From the NCBI GenBank assembly GCA_040905465.1, contig JBBDRK010000017.1:1-64000 (forward strand): DNA of 64,000 nt. The letters run 5' to 3'. Made by a program: the position numbers and the translations under genes. Positions 29,453-39,848 of the stretch are shown piece after piece. The DNA is from Trueperaceae bacterium (GTDB lineage Bacteria; Deinococcota; Deinococci; Deinococcales; Trueperaceae). The notes beneath the pieces were generated by a model. The model was not told where the DNA came from. It did not search any database and was given only the letters and a program-made list of their open reading frames with translations. How positions within the stretch are numbered: position 1 is the first letter of the stretch; each line of letters starts with the position of its first letter.

Positions 29453-29671
29453 GTGAGCAATGAACTTACGGCGGTTGTTGAGCGAGACGGCGACTGGTTC
29501 ATCGCATACTCTCCCGAGGTCCCTGGCGCCAATGGGCAGGGTTCCACCAAGGAGGAGTCGCTGGAGAGTCTTTCGTAGGCGATAAGGCTCATATTGGAGG
29601 ACAGACGTGAGGACGGTCTTCGCGGAGTCCCGCGCGATGCCATGGTCAAGAGAATTTGGTCGAGAGAATAA
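29453..29671 (+). pseudogene. hicB: HicB-like antitoxin with an internal TAG
   Basis: MSNELTAVVERDGDWFIAYSPEVPGANGQGSTKEESLESLS*AIRLILEDRREDGLRG. TAG at 29576-29578. GAGGAGG RBS. Confidence 0.85.
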
Positions 29672-29678
29672 ACGTCGG

Positions 29679-29870
29679 TTGAAGCGAGCGGCGCTGCTGC
29701 GACACCTGCGAAGACATGGGTGTGTGCTCAAGCGTGAGGGCAGGTCACATTCGCTGTAGCTAAGGACCTCTTCTGGAGCAGTGGAGACGGTACCTCGCCA
29801 TTCTGAAATTGCTGATGTTCTCGCCTATAAGATTTGTCAGAGGCTATCGGTGCCAAGGCCGGGAGGTTGA
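29679..29870 (+). pseudogene. hicA: HicA-like toxin with an internal TAG
   Basis: MKRAALLRHLRRHGCVLKREGRSHSL*LRTSSGAVETVPRHSEIADVLAYKICQRLSVP. TAG at 29757-29759. Confidence 0.85.
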
Positions 29871-29955
29871 CTCGACCTTGCCCTACAGGTATCACCCTGC
29901 GGTAAACTCAGCCCCAACAAGGTGACGCCTGTCGCACCTCAATGGAGAAGCCGAT

Positions 29956-30998
<1,043 letters not shown>

Positions 30999-31176
30999 GG
31001 CCTCGGCCAGCGACCCTTTTCGGGACAGGCGCGTCGGCGCCTGCGATCAAGGGAATTCATCTCGGACAGCAATCGTGGACGGGGATTCGTCTCCGGGATC
31101 GCCTTGTTCAAACAAGAGGTATCGAGTTCCATCACGATGCCTGTCGTAGCGATGCGGCCCTGCCGCGGCATCTGAG

Positions 31177-31205
31177 TTGACACCACCAGTCGTAAGTGAT
31201 ACAAC
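31177..31205 (+). promoter_or_regulatory. sigma70-type promoter of the GntR/oxidoreductase/ABC operon
   Basis: TTGACA-17 nt-TACAAC with a TG extension. A tandem AATCCAGCACCG repeat lies downstream (~31238-31262). Confidence 0.65.
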
Positions 31206-31268
31206 CTTCACATCAAACATTGAATGAATCTGACCGGAATCCAGCACCGTAATCCAGCACCGGAATGA

Positions 31269-31976
31269 ATGCTCCCAATGACCACTAGAAATCGCAACCG
31301 CCACCTGACCTACGAACCCGTGATCGAGTTGATCAAGGCCCAACTCCTCGAGGGGAAGCTGCGTCCTGGTGATCAGTTGCCGACCATCGCCGAGCGGGCG
31401 GCGCACTTGGGAGTCAGCCACGGGTCGGTGCGCGAGGCGTACCGCGTTCTCGAGAGTCGCGGCATTCTCGAGGTAGTTCAGGGCCGCGGGACCTTTGTGG
31501 CCTCCACGATCGGTTCCAGCAGTGAAGTCCTCGACCGGCTGCGCCTTACCGGCAACCCGACCCGCGCGCACCTCCTGGAGGCGCGCCGATTGCTCGAGCC
31601 CCGTGCAGCAGCCCTTGCCGCCATCCGTGCGACACGCGCGGAGCGTGACGCAATTCTTCGAACCGTGGACGAGGAAGAGGCAAAGACCCTGAGCGTGAGC
31701 GAATGGGTCGAACTGAACCTCAAGTTCCACAGCCTGATCGTGCTCGCAGCGCACAACCCGGTCATCTCTCAGATGCTCACCAGCATCTACGAGCTCTTCA
31801 AGGAGAGTGAACCTCACCCCGCCGAGCTCCCTATCGTCCGCGAAAAAGGGAGGCTCTTCCACCGGCTGATCGCCTTCGCCATCGACGACCAGGACGCCGA
31901 GTCTGCCGAAGGGCTGATGTATCACCACATCGAAAGCGTCGAGCGCATTTTGGCCACGGAGGAGCTCGGCAAGTGA
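31269..31976 (+). CDS. FadR/GntR family regulator
   Basis: PGDQLPTIAERAAHLGVSHGSVREA, QGRGTFV, FCD domain with NLKFH. Confidence 0.9.
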   Translation: MLPMTTRNRNRHLTYEPVIELIKAQLLEGKLRPGDQLPTIAERAAHLGVSHGSVREAYRVLESRGILEVVQGRGTFVASTIGSSSEVLDRLRLTGNPTRAHLLEARRLLEPRAAALAAIRATRAERDAILRTVDEEEAKTLSVSEWVELNLKFHSLIVLAAHNPVISQMLTSIYELFKESEPHPAELPIVREKGRLFHRLIAFAIDDQDAESAEGLMYHHIESVERILATEELGK

Positions 31977-32044
31977 TGTCCTCACCTGGCCAGATCCTCG
32001 AACACCACGAAACCACCGACTCCAGAAGCGTTAAGGGGAATTGA

Positions 32045-33439
32045 GTGCCACAAAGTCTTGGAAAGAAGAAGTTCGACGTCGTCGTAGTGGGTGCGGGGAG
32101 CGCCGGCGTTTCGGCCGCATTGGCCGCGTCGAGAAATGGCGCGCGAACGCTCCTCGTCGAGAGTGGCCCGATGGTTGGCGGGGAGTTGCTCAGCGGCCTG
32201 CCGATCGATGGAGCCCTCAACGCCCACGGTGAGTGGATCGTTGGGGGCGTCGTTCGCGAGTTGCTCGAAGCGAGTTCCCAACTCGATGGCTACGTCGGTC
32301 CGGTGTTCGACTGGCGTCTCAACTGGGGGGTCTGCTTCGACCCGGAGATCCTGAAGCTCGTACTGATCGAGGCCCTCGCGCGCCAGAAGGTCACGACTCT
32401 TCTCTACACCCTGGCCGAAGACGTCGTCGTCAGTAACGGGAAGATCGAGGGCCTGATAGTCGTCAATAAGAACGGGCGCACGCTGATCGAGGCCGACGTC
32501 TTCATCGATTGCTCCGGCGACGCCGACCTTGCCATCAACGCTGGTGCGAAGTTCATGAAGGGCGGGACGGCCGGAGAGTTGCAGCCGGTGAGCCTCATCT
32601 TCCGCATGGGGAATGTGGACTACGGCAAATACCTAGAGTTCATGCGCGATAATCCCGATCAGTTCATCCTTGCGGAGAATCCGGTAATCGATCGGTCGCC
32701 GAGCGAGTGCGCCGCAGAAGTGCACAAGGCCGGCTTGCCGTTTTCGGTACTCGGAGCGCACGGCCGGCTGATGAGCACCGCCATCGACGAGGGCAGGATG
32801 TTCGAGACGACTGCCATCTACATGTGGCCAACGTCCTTGCCGCGTAAGGAAGTCGGCCTCAACGCCACTCGGTTGGCCAATCTCGATGCTACCAACGTCG
32901 ACGCCCTCAGCGCCGCACTGTCCACGCTCAGCAAACAGGTGGGGCAGTGTCAGTCGTTTCTTCACGACTGCGTTCCCGGGTTCGAAGATGCGCACCTCTC
33001 GGGCGTCGCCCCGCGCGTGGGCATTCGGGAGACCAGGCGGGTCGTCGGCGAATACGAGCTGTCCACGGATGACGTTCTCGAGGGGCGCAAGTCTGCCGAG
33101 GGAGTGGCGAAGGGCGCGCACCACGTCGACCTGCATGGCAGCGGTAGGGACCAGGAACGTATTCCCGTGAAGGAGGGACGATCGTACGACATCCCCTTCG
33201 GTTGTCTGATCCCCAAGGGGCTCGACAACGTGCTCGTTGCCGGACGATGCCTCTCCTCCTCGCGTGAGGCGAACGGCTCGGCTCGAGTAATGGGGCCGTG
33301 CATGGCGACTGGACAGGCCGCCGGTACCGCCGCCGCACTGAGTACGCAGAACTCGTGGGCGAGCATGAGAGACATCCCGGTAGAACAGCTACGCGAAACG
33401 CTCAAGGCCCAAGGAGGAGTCGTCGACGGAACCAAGTGA
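32045..33439 (+). CDS. FAD-dependent oxidoreductase
   Basis: DVVVVGAGSAG, FIDCSGDAD, GIRETRR, YDIPFGCLIP, VAGRC, GQAAGTAA. Confidence 0.9.
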   Translation: MPQSLGKKKFDVVVVGAGSAGVSAALAASRNGARTLLVESGPMVGGELLSGLPIDGALNAHGEWIVGGVVRELLEASSQLDGYVGPVFDWRLNWGVCFDPEILKLVLIEALARQKVTTLLYTLAEDVVVSNGKIEGLIVVNKNGRTLIEADVFIDCSGDADLAINAGAKFMKGGTAGELQPVSLIFRMGNVDYGKYLEFMRDNPDQFILAENPVIDRSPSECAAEVHKAGLPFSVLGAHGRLMSTAIDEGRMFETTAIYMWPTSLPRKEVGLNATRLANLDATNVDALSAALSTLSKQVGQCQSFLHDCVPGFEDAHLSGVAPRVGIRETRRVVGEYELSTDDVLEGRKSAEGVAKGAHHVDLHGSGRDQERIPVKEGRSYDIPFGCLIPKGLDNVLVAGRCLSSSREANGSARVMGPCMATGQAAGTAAALSTQNSWASMRDIPVEQLRETLKAQGGVVDGTK

Positions 33440-33517
33440 TCCGATGTTGACCCATGTCGAGTGGCCGCCGTATCGCCGGTGCGGCGGCCGAAGTCTCAGA
33501 GTAAGGGAGAGAAGCTA

Positions 33518-34795
33518 GTGAGCATATTCAAGACCTTTTCCCGCCGTACATACGAGGTATTTCTTGTCGCTGCAGCGGCCGCGTTCTTTAGCGGCGCGCT
33601 TGCCCAAGAGACGGTCACGCTCCTCATCCACCCCACGCTCTACGGGGCAACCGGGGGAGACGAGGGCGTCATAAAGGCGTTCACCGAAGAGACCGGAATC
33701 AGAGTAAACGTGGTAACGGCTCCGACCGATCAGCTCCGCGAAAAGGCCGTGATCGAGTACGTGGGCGGAACCGGGCAGTACGACGTAGCCACGCTGCAGG
33801 ACGCCTGGATGAACGAGGAGATCACCGCATTTCTCGAGCCGTTGAGCCAGCGTGTCGAGCAGTTGGATGAAAGTTACGATTTCGACGACCTGGTCACGTC
33901 GCTCGTGGGAGTAAACACGGTCGACGGGCAGCTCGTGGCCGTTCCGTTCCGCGGCGGCACCACCATGCTCTACTACCGCACCGACTTCCTGGAAGCGGCC
34001 GGAGTCGAACCGCCGCAAACGATTGAAGAGCTCTATGAAGCGGCCGAGGCTCTTACGCTGGATCAAGACGGCGACGGCACAACGGACGTCTACGGGCTGG
34101 TGCTGAGAGGGAAGCCGGGCTTCGAGGTAACCCAGGACTTCACTCGCATCCTGTTTGCCAACGGCGGCTCGGTGTTGACTGAAGACCTGAGCGGTTGTGC
34201 CCTCGAGGAACCCGAGAGCGTGGAGACAATCCAGTTTTGGCAAGATGTCCTTCAGAATGGCTACATTCCGCCCGACACTCTGTCCCTCGGGCGCGACGAC
34301 CAGATTCGGGTTCTTCAGACCGGCGGCGCGGCCATGGGGATCTACTTCTCGCCCTACTACGGACGTATCATCTCGGAGCTCGATCCGAGCCTCGTCGGTT
34401 GGGCAGTCACGCCGACGGCCGAAGGCGTCACGAGCGGCCGGAGCCTGAACACGCTCTGGAGCCTGGCCATCGACCGAAACAGTGACAGCAAAGACGCCGC
34501 ATGGCAACTCGTCCAGTGGCTCACCAACACGGAGAATCAGATCGAGATGGCTGTGAAGTATGCCAACGCGCCAGTACGCGAGTCGACCTACGTCGACGAG
34601 AGCTTCATCGGAAAGAATCCCCTCGGGCCGGAGTGGCTGCAGGCTACGGCGGCTTCGCGCTTCGAGCCCACGCATCCTCGTTTTCCCGAAATCGCCGACA
34701 TAATTTCCGTCGAGCTGACCGGCGCGATGGAAGGCAGGAGGACGGCCGAGGAAGCCGCCGCAAGAATGTGCCGGCAAGTCGATCGGCTTCTCTAA
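33518..34795 (+). CDS. carbohydrate (CUT1) ABC transporter substrate-binding protein
   Basis: Signal peptide ending ALAQ, FTEETGI, LYYRTD, PPQTIEEL. Confidence 0.85.
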   Translation: MSIFKTFSRRTYEVFLVAAAAAFFSGALAQETVTLLIHPTLYGATGGDEGVIKAFTEETGIRVNVVTAPTDQLREKAVIEYVGGTGQYDVATLQDAWMNEEITAFLEPLSQRVEQLDESYDFDDLVTSLVGVNTVDGQLVAVPFRGGTTMLYYRTDFLEAAGVEPPQTIEELYEAAEALTLDQDGDGTTDVYGLVLRGKPGFEVTQDFTRILFANGGSVLTEDLSGCALEEPESVETIQFWQDVLQNGYIPPDTLSLGRDDQIRVLQTGGAAMGIYFSPYYGRIISELDPSLVGWAVTPTAEGVTSGRSLNTLWSLAIDRNSDSKDAAWQLVQWLTNTENQIEMAVKYANAPVRESTYVDESFIGKNPLGPEWLQATAASRFEPTHPRFPEIADIISVELTGAMEGRRTAEEAAARMCRQVDRLL

Positions 34796-34802
34796 CTCGC
34801 CG

Positions 34803-35726
34803 ATGGTTGAAAAAAGGCTCGGATCAACGACGTCGAGAGGTTGGGGCATTCGCCCCGGCCTCTCCCGGCAAGCGGTACCTTATCTTCTCCTCGTCCCATC
34901 CGCTCTTCTTCTCGGCACTGTACTCGTGTACCCGCTCGTCTATAACGTATATCTTTCGTTCTTTTCCTGGCGCTACACCAATCCGGATGCAACACGCTTC
35001 GTCTGGTTCGAGAACTACATCCGGCTGTTTTCCGACCAGACATTCTGGCAGGTCTCTCAGTTCACCCTGTACTTCGTTGTGCTCACCATCTTGCTCGAGT
35101 TCGTATTCGGTCTGCTCAGCGCCCTGCTTCTCGCCTCGCTGTTCAAGAGTCGGAAGTGGCTCGCAACGGTCTTGCTCCTGCCTTACCTGATCGCACCGAT
35201 CGCGGTTGGCCTCAATTGGCGTTTGCTGTGGAACTACGACTTCGGGCTAGTCAACTGGCTCCTCGGGCTTCTGGCTATCGCCCCCGTGAACTGGCTTGGC
35301 AACTCCGACCTGAGCCAACTGGCGGTCGTGATAACCGAGGTGTGGCGCTCTACTCCGTTCGTGTCCATCATCCTCCTCGCGGGCTTGACGGCAATACCCA
35401 AGGAATCGTTGGAAGCGGCCAGAATGGACGGCGCGAACGCGTGGGATGAACTTTTCCATGTGATTCTTCCGCTTCTTCGTCCATCGCTCACGATTGCCCT
35501 GCTGTTCCAGACGATCGTGAAATTGAGGGTGTTCGACCTCGTCTACATAATGACGGGAGGCGGTCCCGGCGTCGCCACTACCCCCTACGGCATCCACATC
35601 TACCGCACGTACTTCCGGTACTTCGACGGAGGTCAGGCCGCCACCATCGCAGTCGTACTGATGATTCTCGGAGCCTTGATCAGTGTGGCTTACATCAGGC
35701 TCGTCTACCGAGAGGTTCAGCACTAA
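34803..35726 (+). CDS. carbohydrate ABC permease (MalF-like)
   Basis: VWRSTPF, EAARMDGA, TGGGPG. Confidence 0.9.
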   Translation: MVEKRLGSTTSRGWGIRPGLSRQAVPYLLLVPSALLLGTVLVYPLVYNVYLSFFSWRYTNPDATRFVWFENYIRLFSDQTFWQVSQFTLYFVVLTILLEFVFGLLSALLLASLFKSRKWLATVLLLPYLIAPIAVGLNWRLLWNYDFGLVNWLLGLLAIAPVNWLGNSDLSQLAVVITEVWRSTPFVSIILLAGLTAIPKESLEAARMDGANAWDELFHVILPLLRPSLTIALLFQTIVKLRVFDLVYIMTGGGPGVATTPYGIHIYRTYFRYFDGGQAATIAVVLMILGALISVAYIRLVYREVQH

Positions 35727-36563
35727 ATGACGCCGCTACTCTTCCAGGGAAAACGCAGTCCGCTCAAGTGGTTGCTTGTCGTACTCTTCGCTGCATCATC
35801 CGTAATTCCTATCGCCTGGCTGATCGTCACGTCACTCAAGACCCGCCTGGACATATTTGCCTTTCCGCCCAAGTTTCTCTTCTCTCCCAACCTCGACTCG
35901 TACCGAAAGTTCCTTTCGTTCGGCTCCGAGTCGATCCTCCCATTCCTCATGAACAGCATCGTGATAGCCGTCTTCGCGACGCTCCTTACCACCGTTGCCG
36001 GCAGCCTGGCGGCCTACGCGTTCTCACGGATGACGTTCGCTGGCCGGCTGCCGCTACTCATGGGCGTGCTCGCCACCCGGTTGCTTCCTCCCATTACAGC
36101 GGTGATACCTCTGTTCCTGTTGATGCGAGATCTGAATCTGCTGGACACCCATCTCGGTCTCGTCATCATCTACGGCGCAATAAACGTGCCGTTCGCGATA
36201 TGGATACTCAAGTCGTTCTTCGACACCATTCCCAGGGAGCTGGAAGAATCGGCGCTCGTCGACGGCTGCACGATGATCAACGCACTGCGCCACATCACCC
36301 TTCCCCTCGCCCTGCCCGGCGTGGCAGCCACGGCTACGTTCATCTTTATCCTGGCCTGGAACGAGTTTACTTTCGCCTTCCTGTTCACCAGCGTCGATGC
36401 CAAAACGATGCCCGTCATCATTGCGGAAACCTTGGGAGAGATGGAGATCTACTGGCAGGACATGAGCGCCATGGCAACGTTGATCGCCCTCCCAGGCTTG
36501 CTCTTCGCCTTCTTCATGCAGCGCTATCTGGTAAGTGGCCTGACGGCCGGGGCGATCAAGTAG
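35727..36563 (+). CDS. carbohydrate ABC permease (MalG-like)
   Basis: ELEESALVDG, AWNEF, GLTAGAIK. Confidence 0.9.
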   Translation: MTPLLFQGKRSPLKWLLVVLFAASSVIPIAWLIVTSLKTRLDIFAFPPKFLFSPNLDSYRKFLSFGSESILPFLMNSIVIAVFATLLTTVAGSLAAYAFSRMTFAGRLPLLMGVLATRLLPPITAVIPLFLLMRDLNLLDTHLGLVIIYGAINVPFAIWILKSFFDTIPRELEESALVDGCTMINALRHITLPLALPGVAATATFIFILAWNEFTFAFLFTSVDAKTMPVIIAETLGEMEIYWQDMSAMATLIALPGLLFAFFMQRYLVSGLTAGAIK

Positions 36564-36626
36564 GGCTCTGGGCGGTTCTTACCGAACGAACGACAGCTAG
36601 CTGAACCAGCAATCCGCGTTCCCTGC

Positions 36627-37088
36627 TTGACTCCCGCCTTAGCCGACTACCTCGCCTTCGACTGGAACGCGATGGACGCATGGTACGAGGAGGTGGATGT
36701 TCACCCCCGTGACCCGTTCCATCGGGTCGACACCAGGCGCTCGTCCCGTCATCTCAGGCTGGAGTTGGGCGGACTCGTCGTGGCGGAGACCAGGCGGCCG
36801 ACGTTGCTGTTCGAGACGTCTTTGCCGACGCGCTACTACATCCCGCCCACCGATGTTCGTCTGGAGCTGCTCGAGCCGAGCGACCACACCACCGGTTGCC
36901 CTTACAAGGGACACGCCCGTTATTACAACGTCCGTTTGGGCGACGAGCTACATCGCAATCTCGTGTGGAGCTACTCCACTCCCAGGGCGGCGGCACTCGA
37001 CATCGCCGGAATGATGGCGTTCTACACGGAGAAGCTCGAGGCCCTCTACATCGACGGTGAGAAGGTGAAGAAGCCCGCGGTGTTCTGA
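36627..37088 (+). CDS. DUF427 domain protein, probably 5'-truncated
   Basis: HPRDPFHRVD, LFETSLPTRYY, CPYKG. No good start or RBS; it begins at the end of a first DUF427 repeat. Confidence 0.7.
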   Translation: MTPALADYLAFDWNAMDAWYEEVDVHPRDPFHRVDTRRSSRHLRLELGGLVVAETRRPTLLFETSLPTRYYIPPTDVRLELLEPSDHTTGCPYKGHARYYNVRLGDELHRNLVWSYSTPRAAALDIAGMMAFYTEKLEALYIDGEKVKKPAVF

Positions 37089-37175
37089 CGGCGACTCGGT
37101 GTTGCTGATATCATGGAAGGCCGTCCCGTAGTCCGAGTCCTTCGGCTCGATCGATTGCTCTATCGCCGGCCTTTG

Positions 37176-37679
37176 CTAAGTTCGTCGTCTGTAGTGCGTG
37201 ACCATAAACTCGCGCCAGCTGCCGTCGTCCTCCCGAACCAGCCCGCGCAGAATCCGCTGGTCGTCACTCTTTAGCTCGATCACGTCGCGGTAGGGGAGCA
37301 TCCTGCCGTCGCCGCTCATGCTCGGCCCCTCGCAGTCGAGGTTCAGCGCCGACCCGTCTTCACTCAGGTGCCCGTCGTAGACCCAAAGGTGCGTCATCAT
37401 CGAGCCGAACCACGTCCCCACGAACCGCTGTTTGGCCGGGTCGAAGCCCAGCGTCATGAGCGATCGATGCGGTTTGCCGTCCCCCACCTGGTGGCTCCCC
37501 TCGGCCAGGTACCAGATGTCACCCAGTGCACGCACCGTCTCGCTGCCGGTGAACTCCGGCTGCCCCGGAGTCGACTCCAATTCGAACGTCCACTCTCCAA
37601 CCAGCCGTTGAAGCCAACGGTGTTCAGACTGGGGCTCGACCGACGGGATGGCTTGCGTGTTCTCCTGACTCGTGTCCAT
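37176..37679 (-). CDS. DUF1579 domain protein
   Basis: EHRWLQRLVGEW, GFDPAKQRFVGTW.GSM. GAGGA RBS. Confidence 0.8.
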   Translation of the reverse strand: MDTSQENTQAIPSVEPQSEHRWLQRLVGEWTFELESTPGQPEFTGSETVRALGDIWYLAEGSHQVGDGKPHRSLMTLGFDPAKQRFVGTWFGSMMTHLWVYDGHLSEDGSALNLDCEGPSMSGDGRMLPYRDVIELKSDDQRILRGLVREDDGSWREFMVTHYRRRT

Positions 37680-37863
37680 ATATCCTCCCTCGACCTACGA
37701 CTGCTGCCGCCTTCCCCTCTCCTGTTGACCCCAGGCTGAATACGCTCCGCAGAGCAAGTCTAGACCTTAGAGACGTCTGGTGGTCGGCGGAAAAGCGCTA
37801 CAATCGACCTCCTTCCGGTAGTCTCCCTGGAAATCCAAGAATTGGAAGCCTTTGAGGTGACAA

Positions 37864-38793
37864 GTGGACCGTTCGACGTGGACTCGTGGCGGCTGGAACG
37901 TTGGACGCCTGGTTCTGGCCGCGTTCGTCGTGGAAGCTCTGTTGGCCGGTGGTAACGGGATTGCGGTGCGCTTCAGCAACCGGGAACTGCCTCCCCTGTG
38001 GGGTGCGAGCCTGCGTTTCTGGCTCGCGGCCCTTCTGCTGGCGTCCCTGATGATCGGGCTGAAGCTGGCGCTTCCTCGTGGGCGCGCATTGGTGGGATCG
38101 CTCATTTACGGCCTGCTGCAGTTCGCCGGGGCGTTCGGGCTGATGTACTACGCGCTGGTAAATGTCCAGGCCGGGCTTGGCCAGACGCTGTTGGCGTTGG
38201 TGCCCCTGGCCGCGTTGCTCCTCGCGGTCGCCCAGCGGCAGGAGCGGCTTCGGGCTGCGTCGGTGGTTGGTGCTCTGCTGGGGCTTGCGGGGGTGGCGCT
38301 GATGTCCCTGGGGCCGTTGGGCCAGCAGATTCCGCTGCTGTCGCTGCTCGCCATTCTCGGGAGCGTGCTGTGTTTCGGGCAGGCGCTGGTGGTGGTGCGG
38401 CGCTTTCCGCCGGTTCATCCGGTCGCCATGAACGCCGTGGGGATGGCGGCTTCCGCTGTAGTGCTGCTTGGGGCCTCGGTGCTCTTCGGCGAGGTGCGGG
38501 AGGTTCCTCGGCTGACCTCGACCTGGGTCGCGCTCGGTTACGTTTCGGCTATCGGTTCGGTCGTGGTTTTCCTGTTGTACGTCTACGTGGTGCAGCGTTG
38601 GAGCGCTTCTCGCGCGTCGTACGTGATGGTGCTTATCCCGTTCGTCACCGTGGCCCTTTCCGCGTGGCTGGATAAGGAACCGATTACGAGCGGGCTCGTT
38701 TTCGGAGGTGCATTGGTTCTGGCCGGCGTCTACTTCGGTGCATTACGGCCTTCCAAGGCGCTTCGCCCTGCCCATCCGGCGCCGGCCAGCTAG
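37864..38793 (+). CDS. EamA/DMT family transporter
   Basis: About 10 TM segments in a two-repeat DMT pattern, including ASRASY..IPFV. Confidence 0.85.
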   Translation: MDRSTWTRGGWNVGRLVLAAFVVEALLAGGNGIAVRFSNRELPPLWGASLRFWLAALLLASLMIGLKLALPRGRALVGSLIYGLLQFAGAFGLMYYALVNVQAGLGQTLLALVPLAALLLAVAQRQERLRAASVVGALLGLAGVALMSLGPLGQQIPLLSLLAILGSVLCFGQALVVVRRFPPVHPVAMNAVGMAASAVVLLGASVLFGEVREVPRLTSTWVALGYVSAIGSVVVFLLYVYVVQRWSASRASYVMVLIPFVTVALSAWLDKEPITSGLVFGGALVLAGVYFGALRPSKALRPAHPAPAS

Positions 38794-38990
38794 CGCGGTT
38801 ACTCGTCGGCCCACTCTCCATGTACGAGCGGCGGCCGTCAGGGCTGATCCGGGTTCTGAAGCGCGAGGTCGGTAGTGCCCGTGCAGCTCCTCGATGGCCC
38901 GCCTTACCTTGGTGAGCGTCGCCGCTGCCAGTTTGTCCGGTTCTCGCCCCAAACTGGTACGACTTCGATGGTCTCCTCCCGGCGATCCTC

Positions 38991-39037
38991 TCACCATGGG
39001 AGCCGTGAAGTGATGGATGACCAGTAGTGATGGTCGT
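38991..39037. repeat. ~47-bp repeat shared with 51862..51908
   Basis: CTCACCATGGGAGCCGTGAAGTGATGGATGACC(A/G)GTAGTG(A/G)TGGTCG. On the minus strand it reads DHHY(W/R)SSITSRLPW*, the 3' end of a lost gene. Confidence 0.85.
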
Positions 39038-39160
39038 AATCGGCGGGTCGGAGTCCGGCTTCGATCGGAAGCAGGAGTCGGCTGGGGTGGCGAGCAACGG
39101 CTCGCTGCCGCCGTTAGGAGCTGTCTAGTGACGAAATCTGGTCGAGCGCTGCCGGCGGAG

Positions 39161-39741
39161 ATGATCGCGGCACGCATCGAGGAACCTAACCGTGTTGCAG
39201 TCGAGACGCTGGAGCGGCCGCGGCCCGGGCCCGGCGAGGTGCTTATCGAGGTGGCCCGGGCGGGGGTGTGCAGAACCGATCTGCATATCCTGCATGGGCA
39301 GTACGAGCTGGCCCGGTTCCCGGTGACTCCCGGGCACGAGTTCTCTGGAACGGTTGCACAGGTCGGCGAGGGGGTGAGGAGGCGCCGCATCGGCGAGCGG
39401 GTCACTGCCGATCCCAATCTGCCCTGCGTCACCTGCGAGGAGTGCCTGCGCGGCGCGCCCGCTCGGCCGGCACGGTCTGGGTCTTCGGCGTGGCACCCGA
39501 GGACGCCCGCATCTCCGTTTCGCCCTTCGAATTCTTCCGGCGCGATCTGAGCCTGATCGGCTCGTTCGCTGTGAACGGCACCTTCCCGGAGGCCATCTCG
39601 CTGATTCGCTCGGGCCGAGTCATGACCGGTCCTCTGGTTTCGCACGTGTTGCCTATTGAGCGCTTTGGCGAGGGGATGGAGATCGCACAGAGCGACCCCG
39701 ACCGGATGAAGGTGCAGTTCCGGCTGGATAAGGAGTCGTGA
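39161..39741 (+). pseudogene. zinc-binding dehydrogenase 1, internally deleted (copy A)
   Basis: GVCRTDLH, GHEFSG and CVTCEECLRG are joined out of frame at ~39455 to ARSAGTVWVFG...MKVQF. Confidence 0.85.
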
Positions 39742-39832
39742 CCTGCCCGCTTCCCGCTGGAGGACGTCCGAGACGCCTTCGACAAGGGTAGCCGCAGGGG
39801 GCGCGACTCTCAAGATGGTGCTGAAACCTTAG
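39738..39832 (+). pseudogene. C-terminal remnant of zinc-binding dehydrogenase 2
   Basis: RFPLEDVRDAFDK..GGATLKMVLKP*, a typical MDR C-terminus, with small indels. Confidence 0.6.
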
Positions 39833-39848
39833 CTGCCACGGTCGATCC

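Noticed and set aside
33515-34849. long antisense ORFs (also 22211..23302, 54811..56169, 62141..63232, 14076..15212)
   Set aside because: These are shadow ORFs opposite well-supported genes, as expected in high-GC DNA.
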